Source: Octopus bimaculoides
Taxonomy: Eukaryota
Direction: 5' to 3'
Assembly: GCF_001194135.2 (NCBI RefSeq)
Contig: NC_068984.1
Span: 134,943,802-134,977,170 of the forward strand
DNA: 33,369 nucleotides
Shown: positions 25,093 through 33,369 of the stretch, one piece after another
Position numbering within the stretch: the stretch's first letter is position 1
Layout: the number at the start of each line of letters is the position of its first letter
Position numbers and translations under genes: made by a program
The notes under the pieces: model-generated
The model's input: the letters and a program-made list of their open reading frames with translations, nothing else
Told to the model about the DNA's origin: nothing
The model's database searches: none

Positions 25093-25161
25093 TCAGTTCA
25101 CTGCTTGGAATCGAACACGGAATCTTGGAGTTAATAGCCTGCGCTCTTAATCACTACGCGC
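25093..25161 (-). mobile_element. tRNA-like SINE head (family D) followed by (AAT)n
   Basis: A-box-like GCGTAGTGATTAAG (25146-25159), 7-nt anticodon-like loop CTATTAA, B-box-like GTGTTCGATTCC (25107-25118). Confidence 0.8.
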
Positions 25162-25164
25162 TTT

Positions 25165-25440
25165 TAGGTTCATACATTCCATTATTCAAGAGTGTGGATC
25201 ATATCGTACGCCTTACAATAGTCGATCCATGACATGGGTGAGTACAGTTTTGTCTATCAGGAGTCGATCCTTGGTACCTTTGCATTTACGCTTGCAACCC
25301 TTCTGCTTATGTTGTAGGAATCCATTTTTTCCTCCAGATGTTTGTACATTGACTCTCCGAGTATTCCAGTCAATAATTTCCACATAATTGGCAAACAGGA
25401 TATTGGCCTGTAATTGTCTACCGTATTGCCTTTCTCGATG
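25165..25440 (-). mobile_element. R4/Dong-like RT fragment (early RT domains), frameshifted
   Basis: [39 protein letters not shown], then [22 protein letters not shown] and a WIDYCKAYDMI-like segment (YRPIS, QKG and DYxKAYD motifs). Confidence 0.9.
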
Positions 25441-25442
25441 TT

Positions 25443-25444
25443 TA

Positions 25445-25522
<78 letters not shown>
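25443..25522. repeat. (AAT)n microsatellite
   Basis: Direct reading of the sequence. Confidence 0.98.
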
Positions 25523-25525
<3 letters not shown>

Positions 25526-25835
25526 TAGTTTTATTTTCATAGCGTGCTTTCACTTCACTACCGAGCGCAGCTCTGTGTGCCTTGGGTATGTGCTGTGGTT
25601 TGCTGTGATGCTCTCATGGTTACTGCATTGAAAGTGTTTTGTGTAGGATGTGTGCAGTGCCCAGTTGTGCAATTTTCTGTATGTTGTATATATTTGTAAT
25701 ATTGTTATGTATTTGTCTGAATATTTTTTTTATTATACCTAAGGCACCTACTATGATACGAATTGTTTCTGCTTTTAGATTCCACATTCGAGTTACCTCT
25801 ATTTCCAGGTCTTTGTATTTTGAAAGTTTCTCCAT
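25523..25835 (-). mobile_element. 5'-truncated R4/Dong-like copy (RLE C-terminus plus 3'UTR)
   Basis: MEKLSKYKDLEIEVTRMWNLKAETIRIIVGALGIIKK...QKIAQLGTAHILHKTLSMQ*; 3'UTR homologous to 143-230; AAT repeats on both sides. Confidence 0.9.
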
Positions 25836-25857
25836 TTTATTATTATTATTATTGTTC

Positions 25858-26313
25858 AGTAGTTTTATTTTTATAACGTGCTTTCACTTCACTACCGAGC
25901 GCAGCTCTGTGCGCCTTGGGTATGTGCTGTGGTTTGCTGTGGTGCTCTTATGTTTACTGTATTGAAAGTGTTTTGCGTAGAATGTGTGCAGTACCCAGTA
26001 GTGCAATTTTCTGTATGTTATATATATTTGTATTGTTTTATCGAGGACTATATTTACATTATTTTTCTTTCATATTTTATATGTATGTGTTGTTGCGTTT
26101 TCGTTTTTGGGTAGAGCACTGCTGTGAAATAGGCGTATAGTATCGAAATGTATTCCTCACGTGTCCATTTATGCCGTTTTGGTTTTGTTTGCGGGACATG
26201 AGGAACAACGTCCGGTCCTATATTTTGACGGTCATCGTTTTCGTAGGGTACCGGTTCGTTTATTTCTGTTGTCAGATTGTTTTGCAAGTTCAGATCTTCG
26301 TATTTTTTTCGTA
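25858..26313 (-). mobile_element. Internally deleted R4/Dong-like element (ORF N-terminus fused to 3' end)
   Basis: The 5' part encodes ...KPKRHKWTREEYISILYAYF (RxKWTxEE motif of R4-clade N-termini), joined near 26032 to TNIYNIQKIALLGTAHILRKTLSIQ* plus 3'UTR identical to window 66-230. Confidence 0.75.
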
Positions 26314-26368
<55 letters not shown>

Positions 26369-26369
26369 T
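26314..26369. repeat. (AAT)n microsatellite
   Basis: Direct reading of the sequence. Confidence 0.98.
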
Positions 26370-26379
26370 ATTTATCTTC

Positions 26380-26755
26380 AGCAAGTCTGACAAATTGCTT
26401 AGTGGTATTTCTTTCTGTCTTTACGTTCTGATTTCAAATTGAACCGAGGTCGACTTTTCCTTTCATTTTTCCGCTGTCTATCAATTAAGTACCAGTTGAT
26501 CACTGATAGTCAATGAACTTGTGGCAGAATTTCTAACCGTTATAATTATTACTTGTAAAAAACATGCCGGACAAAATGCCTATCGGCAATTTTTCCAGCT
26601 CTTTGTGCTCTGCATTCAAATTCTGCTGAAGTCGACTTTGCTTTTTATTCAAGTACGATTGAGCAAATACAAAATCAGCTACACTATAATGTCGATGTAA
26701 TCGACTAGCCCACATCCCCCAAAATATCAGACCTTGTGCGTACAGTATAAATAAT
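26380..26755 (+). mobile_element. Two adjacent diverged SINE family A copies (about 26380-26520 and 26521-26755)
   Basis: Each carries TTCAAATT...GTCGACTTT...AAGTAC motifs; the second has GTCGATGTAATCGAC and the 3' tail. Confidence 0.75.
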
Positions 26756-26790
26756 CAACAACGCTGTTTCAATAAGAACAGCAACAATAA

Positions 26791-26959
26791 AGGCGGCGAG
26801 CTGGGTTCAAATTCCGCCGAGCTCAACTTTGTCTTTCATCCTTTCGGGGTCGATAAATTAAGTACCAGTTACGCACTGGGGTCGATATAATCGACTGAAC
26901 CCCTTTGTCTGTCCTTATTTGTCCCCTCTATGTTTAGCCCCTTGTGGGCAATAAAGAAG
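26791..26959 (+). mobile_element. SINE family A with an internal head deletion and an 18-bp target-site duplication
   Basis: TAAGAACAGCAACAATAA at 26773-26790 and 26960-26977. GGCGGCGAGCTG is joined directly to GGTTCAAATTCCGCCG. Confidence 0.9.
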
Positions 26960-27204
26960 TAAGAACAGCAACAATAACGATAAGGAATACAGTAAACTGG
27001 CAGCTAACAATAAAATCTCTCATTTGTAATGCTTAAGATGGATGCGACAGCATTCACATTAAGTATATTAAGTACATATCCAAGCTATGAGGATAAACGA
27101 AACAAGTGATTATCAGCTTAATATATTGCGATAGATTTATTAACATGTACATATTCTTCCTTGTCAAATGTCTAGTCGGATTTATAAAAAAATTGTTAGC
27201 TTAC

Positions 27205-27258
27205 ATATCGAATTGAGCGAAGAAGAATGATAGCTTCAAATGATGTGCAAAACAACAG
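27205..27258 (-). CDS. Candidate 54-nt phase 0/0 exon (LLFCTSFEAIILLRSIRY)
   Basis: Acceptor ttgccgtggttcag| and donor TAT|gtaagc; phase-compatible with the exon ending at 27589. Short exons like this can arise by chance. Confidence 0.3.
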
Positions 27259-27397
27259 CTGAACCACGGCAAGGTTCAAGAGAATAATAATATCTTTTGT
27301 AGAATTCTTATTTAATTGTGTACGATCGATATATATATATATATACACATACATACACATACATACATACATAATACATACATATCTCTATGTATAC

Positions 27398-27437
<40 letters not shown>

Positions 27438-27466
27438 GTATGCGTATATATGGCTTACATACATAA

Positions 27467-27556
27467 GGCGCTTAGCCTAGTGGTTAGGGTATACGGCTCG
27501 GGATCGTAAGGTCACGAGTTCGATTCCCGACGGCGCGTTGTGTCCTTGAGCAAGAC
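27467..27556 (+). mobile_element. 3'-truncated tRNA-derived SINE family C
   Basis: A box TAGCCTAGTGG (27473-27483), B box GAGTTCGATTCC (27516-27527), then TTGTGTCCTTGAGCAAGAC. Confidence 0.85.
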
Positions 27557-27588
27557 TTTTCAACATGCATTGAAGTATTTGGACTCAC

Positions 27589-27722
27589 GTGGACCGGTGT
27601 CTGGACTTGCACAATTGCCTCATCTTCCTCAGCACGCCTTACAATAATTGAGAGCCCCAACCCGTCATGCTGGAGTTTGCGCTGCAATTGATTAATATTG
27701 CACCGAATCATGACATCCACCA
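27589..27722 (-). CDS. Internal coding exon of an unidentified host gene (VVDVMIRCNINQLQRKLQHDGLGLSIIVRRAEEDEAIVQVQTPVH)
   Basis: 134 nt; acceptor attattttcacag| and donor CAC|gtgagt; only the phase 1-to-0 frame is open; GC-richer than the flanks. Confidence 0.7.
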
Positions 27723-28144
27723 CTGTGAAAATAATTTGAATGCGGATCAAATAATTCACAACAAAATATTTGCGAAGATACTACTGACTCTATTATTATC
27801 TAGTGTAACAATTTTAAAATGATAATAACAGAATATATGATTATAATGATAGTAACAGATATATATGATTATAACGATAGTAACAGATATATATAGTAAC
27901 AGATACATATGTATATATGAATGTATCAAGCGGCTCTTGGATGCTACGGGTGACATGTAATTCAGTACAACCTATTTCACGGTCGTGTCGTCGGCGACTA
28001 AACTGGCAACACCAACAAACTTGCTTGGTGAGGACGGAAAATAAGACCTGTCAAAGCGTGAAAGAATTCATAAGCAGTCAACAGCCAGGCAACAATATGC
28101 GTACATGCATATGTATGCATGTATGCGCGGGGACGTGGAAATAC

Positions 28145-28211
28145 CTGGGTTTGTGCCCAGGCGCGTGCTTGGCCGACTGGGAGCGGGAAGCTCCTCTGTT
28201 GTCACATCTCT
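28145..28211 (-). CDS. Internal coding exon upstream of the above (RDVTTEELPAPSRPSTRLGTNP)
   Basis: 67 nt; acceptor tattttctctctcctag| and donor CAG|gtattt; its phase 0-to-1 frame joins the 27722 exon in frame (G+TG = Val). Confidence 0.6.
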
Positions 28212-29269
28212 CTAGGAGAGAGAAAATACTGCGACACTGAAAATGTTCGATGATGTAGACTGGTTCTTCCTTTCGAGTTTATGTTGTACGTGTTCAGAAA
28301 GCGAGATTGGATTTGCGCAAATCCTTTCCTCACTATAAAAAAAAAAAAAAAAAAAAATAATGATAATCATATATATATAAATGTATATATATATGTATAT
28401 ATNNNNNNNNNNNNNNNNNNNNNNNNNNNNNNNNNNNNNNNNNNNNNNNNNNNNNNNNNNNNNNNNNNNNNNNNNNNNNNNNNNNNNNNNNNNNNNNNNN
28501 NNNNNNNNNNNNNNNNNNNNNNNNNNNNNNNNNNNNNNNNNNNNNNNNNNNNNNNNNNNNNNNNNNNNNNNNNNNNNNNNNNNNNNNNNNNNNNNNNNNN
28601 NNNNNNNNNNNNNNNNNNNNNNNNNNNNNNNNNNNNNNNNNNNNNNNNNNNNNNNNNNNNNNNNNNNNNNNNNNNNNNNNNNNNNNNNNNNNNNNNNNNN
28701 NNNNNNNNNNNNNNNNNNNNNNNNNNNNNNNNNNNNNNNNNNNNNNNNNNNNNNNNNNNNNNNNNNNNNNNNNNNNNNNNNNNNNNNNNNNNNNNNNNNN
28801 NNNNNNNNNNNNNNNNNNNNNNNNNNNNNNNNNNNNNNNNNNNNNNNNNNNNNNNNNNNNNNNNNNNNNNNNNNNNNNNNNNNNNNNNNNNNNNNNNNNN
28901 NNNNNNNNNNNNNNNNNNNNNNNNNNNNNNNNNNNNNNNNNNNNNNNNNNNNNNNNNNNNNNNNNNNNNNNNNNNNNNNNNNNNNNNNNNNNNNNNNNNN
29001 NNNNNNNNNNNNNNNNNNNNNNNNNNNNNNNNNNNNNNNNNNNNNNNNNNNNNNNNNNNNNNNNNNNNNNNNNNNNNNNNNNNNNNNNNNNNNNNNTATA
29101 TATATATATTTATTTATTTATTTATATATGTATGTATGTGTGTGTGTGTAAGTATGTATGTATATATAAAGCATCGGTAGTTCCTATATCCGAAAAAGAA
29201 GCACATTCTAAAATATTAGACCAGTAATATATTTAGAATGCTGATTGCTTATGGCCAGTTAGAGAAACA

Positions 29270-29530
29270 CCATTGTTGTCGTGCATATATAGGACTCATC
29301 AGACTCAAATGGCTAAGTCGCCAATGCGGCAAAGCCCTTCATAAGTCCGAAAACTATGCCCACGTTCTGATCGGTGATAGCAATCGCCCTCCTAACTATA
29401 TTTTGTATGGTGACTGAAAGAAGATAAAATTAAGTACAACATAACTTGGTCCATATTAAGGCAAGCAAAACCATAAAATATGATTTCCAGGAGATGACAA
29501 CTCTGCTCCGAGGAATGCCTGTCTCGTCTG
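29270..29530 (+). mobile_element. Penelope-like element GIY-YIG endonuclease remnant
   Basis: CCRAYIGL... (YIG motif), then VW*LKEDKIKYNITWSILRQAKP*NMISRR*QLCSEE, matching the Penelope C-terminal IWxLK...YxITWxIL...RCxLCxxE pattern; stops and a frameshift present. Confidence 0.75.
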
Positions 29531-30199
29531 TGGACTAATGAGAAGATCATTAGTAGAATTTCTGAAAGACTCTCAAGATGCCTACACGCATATCAATGTT
29601 CTTTCGCATAATGCAGTGATAATGATCTTGAATAACTTTTAACATAATTTACTTTCAAGTATGGCGGAATTAAGTTTAGCTTTAACCTCCCCATTCTTAT
29701 AACCACTAAGTAGCTATAGGAGAGTATTGTAGTTCGCTTGAAGCATTATTTAACACATTTTGTGATCATGAGTGCACCAAACCACATATGTGCGAAAGCT
29801 TACATTTTCGTGGGTGCTTGCATGAGTGAGTGTGCACGCGCCATGCAATTTGCGCGAGAGCATTTCTGCATACATATCTGTTAATGGCTATTTTTAATAC
29901 TCTTCTCGTTGTATTGCGCGTTCATTTCTGTTTTGCATCTGTGATTTTATTTTTGAGCTTCTATATAAATAAATATATTTCCTTAGTTTTGCTGCTTTTA
30001 TTTCTACGAAATGAGGAGATATATTGCACAACTATTACTTTAACCAGTTCTATATATATATCATCTTATGAGACACATCTGCACCGCCCGATGCTCCTGA
30101 ACCAAATGCTAAGTGTCCCACCCGTGAGGGAACGATTCTCGATGTGATTAGTAATCAAAATTCCCGTGTATTCCATATTCCCTCTTTCATTTGCCATAT

Positions 30200-30435
30200 A
30201 TTCCGGTCCATCGCCTACGCTCCGACGCAACCGCCGATGCCCGGCGACAAGCGCGGTGTCGTCCTGTACACCCACCCGCCCACGTCCCGGCGTCCGATGC
30301 TGCCGCTGCCAGCCAGCCTAGCGGCTCTCCCGCCGACATGGCCGCGACCGCGTGCACGTTGTCACCGGTCGGCCGACTGCGCTCTCCGCAGCGCTGCCGT
30401 GCTTCGCCTGCACTTCGCCTGCACTTCCGTCCCCA
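30200..30435. other. Isolated GC- and CpG-rich island
   Basis: Strongly GC-rich with many CpGs in an otherwise AT-rich window; contains an 11-bp tandem duplication CTTCGCCTGCA. Confidence 0.85.
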
Positions 30436-30536
30436 ACAAGTCCTACACCAAATATAAGCCATACGAGGATCCACATAAAAGGAACTACGCGATCATTACA
30501 CCTAATCAAGTTTGGAGAGTAAATTAGCTGAGAAGT

Positions 30537-30779
30537 TGTGGACTTATTCTTTGAAAGCCTCTGTTCAGGTGCGAGTGCTACGTGTGTGTATGAGAGATGT
30601 TTGTGTGAATTTTGGCGGTAACTAATATTAAACTTATTCAATCGGTCTCTTCTGTCGAATCGCTATTCGGTTGTCAAGCGATGTTGGTGGGAGGATAAAC
30701 ACAAACACACAGACTTACACACACACACACACATACACACACCCACACACACACACACGCACACACACATACACACGCA

Positions 30780-30834
<55 letters not shown>

Positions 30835-30993
30835 GACAGGCTTCTTTTAGTTTCCGTCTTCCAAATCCACTCACAAGGCTTTGGTGTGCCCGAGGCTATA
30901 CTAGTAGACACTTACCCAAGCTGCGACGCAATGGGATTGAACCCCGAGCCATGTGATTGGCAAGCAAGTTACTACACAGCCACTCCTGCGCCT
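30537..30993 (-). mobile_element. SINE family B with intact B box, internal (GT)n and a 68-bp foreign insert
   Basis: Head AGGCGCAGGAGTGGCTGTG, B box GGTTCAATCCC, CTTGGGTAAGT, AAAGCCTTGTGAGTGGATTTGG; GAATAAGT...AGGCTTTCAAAGAATAAGTC is split by the insert. Confidence 0.88.
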
Positions 30994-31436
30994 ATTATAC
31001 ACACACACAGACGCACACACACACAGCCGCACACACACACAGACGCACACACACACACAGACGCATACACACACATATATATATATATGTAGATATATAT
31101 ATATACATATGTATATATATACGTAAATACATAATCATGTATACATACGTACGTACCTACCTACTTACACACATGGAAACACATGTGTGACTGAGCGAAT
31201 CTGTACGCTTTTGATGTGTATATATTTATTTAAAGGAGAAGAGAGCTTGGTATATGATTATACATGTTGTAGTCTGCTATTGTTTCGGTATCTATCTGGT
31301 TGTATGAAATGTTTTTGTGGTTATTCAAAATATTAGTTACCGCAAAGATTCACACAAACGTATTTCATACACACACGTACTACTCACACCTGAACATATT
31401 CATACTCACACCATCTCGCACACATATTCTCTCTCC

Positions 31437-31475
<39 letters not shown>

Positions 31476-32299
31476 ACTTATATAGATATATTGATTGTCT
31501 TTGTAGGAAGGAAAGCTTAATATTTGTTCAAAATCATCTAAAAACATCTAATTCTTTGGAAACATTGATTTCAGTATATTGAAATATTAATAAATACCTT
31601 CACATGAACAGTTACTAGTTTGTGGTTTAACTACTAGATGGAAGCGTCTTTCAATATATTTAATTACAGGCAATTGTATCGTGTTTGGACGGTAAATCAA
31701 TTTAATTAGAAACTGAAACACTATAAACTTTACATATATACATATATTTATATATACACATATGTATATGTATGTATATAAAGACTTTGATGTCCAAAAC
31801 CGTCTAGTATGAATGACCATTAAATGGTCATATCTGTATATGAGATGCATTTTAACGTTGGGAAACATTTGTCTACTCATAAAACACAATAGTAGCTGCT
31901 TTGTTAGATGTTGTATCTGGAAAGCAGCTTCAGCAATATACTTAGATAGAGGTGAAACCTTGCTCAAACCCAACTGGAAATCTCTTTGAACGAACTCAAA
32001 GGACAATGGGCTTATGAAATGTATTTCATTTTCCCTGGCACAAAATTATTTTGGAAACCTCAGATTATGCCTGAATTATTTTCTTGTGAACTAAACCATC
32101 TCATCAGTTTTGTAACATCTCTAATAGAACTTAAGTGACACTACAGGAAAAGGATGTAAATCTGACCGCTTGTGTAAATTTGACCGTTTATATTAGTTAA
32201 AAGTCTGAAGAACGAAAATTTGCAATACACTCTAGGTGTATCCCACACCGGCGTTTGTTTCGACGGTGCTCTCAATTTTTTGATTACACTCAATTTGGT

Positions 32300-32450
32300 G
32301 GTTACACTTCCTTGTGCGCATGTGCAGCATCATTGGTTACTGTACAGACAGAGTTCTTCGCCATCTGCAATGGAGCACGTGGTACTTCTTTTCTTAATAT
32401 GCTAACTGAACTTCACGGTGATGTGTAAAATACTCGCTCCTGATTGGCTA
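32300..32450 (-). promoter_or_regulatory. Candidate TATA-less promoter motif cluster
   Basis: Two minus-oriented CCAAT boxes (AGCCAATCAG around 32440-32449; AACCAATGA around 32330-32338), E-box CACGTG (32376-32381), NRF1-like TGCGCATGTGCA (32315-32326), ETS-like CACTTCCT (32305-32312). Confidence 0.35.
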
Positions 32451-32896
32451 AAATACCCAAAGTTTGCAAATATTAAAGGCTAATAACATTTTAATTATGA
32501 ATTTATTAGAAAAATGGATTTCATTCATATAATTGATATACTTAATCCATATACCAAATCAGAAAACAATTTGAACAAAATTGTAGACAGTGACGATAAC
32601 TACAAAGATCAGAATTAATTCAATGTAATACTATAAAAATCTGAATAAATAACGAAAGGACATAAGAAGTTGTAACACGTGATCGAGTTACATTCTAAAC
32701 ATCGCGAGAACCCTAAAATTACTGAAACAAGAATTCGGGATGCAACTCATTGGATCAGGGACGATTTTCAAACCGAACGAAAAGAGGAATCTAAACACAG
32801 CTGAATATACCACAAAACAATAATAATTTAATCTAAACCGACAGAGACGTTCTGTCATTAGCTACCAGCTGCTCTATTGTAAATCATTATCTCAAT

Positions 32897-33287
32897 TTGT
32901 GCGTGCGTCTGTGTATGTTTGTGTGTGTGTGTATACACACGTATGTGTATACATATAGGTATATATATCAACATACATACACACGCATACACACATATAC
33001 ATGCACATATATGTCTACACACACATATATATTTATATATATGTATATATACATATATGTACGTATGAATATGCATATATATGTATATATTTGTAAATAC
33101 ATGTATGTTTAAATGTGTATATATATATATATATGTGTGTGTTTGTGCATATATATTCACATATACATATAGACATTTGGCCATATATGTATGTATATAT
33201 ATATGTCTATATTTATAGATATATACATGTATACATATGTATATAAATATGTATACATACCTATATATATGTCTGTGTATGTATGTG

Positions 33288-33369
<82 letters not shown>
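32897..33369. repeat. Compound (TG)n/(TA)n/(CA)n microsatellite
   Basis: Direct reading of the sequence. Confidence 0.95.

Noticed and set aside
25093-27556. tRNA genes at the A/B-box-bearing sequences (25093-25161, 27467-27556)
   Set aside because: No complete cloverleaf with a paired acceptor stem, and they continue into SINE bodies or tails; called as SINE heads.
27640-27700. LQRKLQHDGLGL as a LINE RT-thumb GGLGL motif
   Set aside because: The segment is bounded by canonical splice sites, is phase-linked to a neighbouring exon, and has no flanking RT motifs; an exon is the better explanation.

Overview
AT-rich eukaryotic intronic/intergenic DNA from a gapped short-read scaffold (six N gaps, most flanked by (TA)n). 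The repeat content suggests an octopus genome (inference from SINE and microsatellite style; not proven). No prokaryotic features or CRISPR arrays are present. Most listed ORFs are microsatellite or N-gap artefacts. Supported content: (i) many tRNA-derived SINE copies of at least three families; (ii) R4/Dong-like RLE non-LTR retrotransposon fragments sitting in (TAA)n tracts, including a young 5'-3' fused, internally deleted copy; (iii) two decayed Tc1/mariner elements, a Penelope-like GIY-YIG remnant, another RLE-LINE tail and a MITE-like inverted repeat; (iv) two phase-compatible minus-strand coding exons of an unidentified host gene (28145-28211, 27589-27722), with weaker candidate exons and a candidate promoter near 32.3-32.45 kb. 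The best candidate for an undescribed system is a minus-strand composite at 24830-25161: a tRNA-like Pol III head, (AAT)n, then a body carrying a minimal type I hammerhead ribozyme. That is a possible ribozyme-bearing SINE/retrozyme linked to Penelope-like elements.
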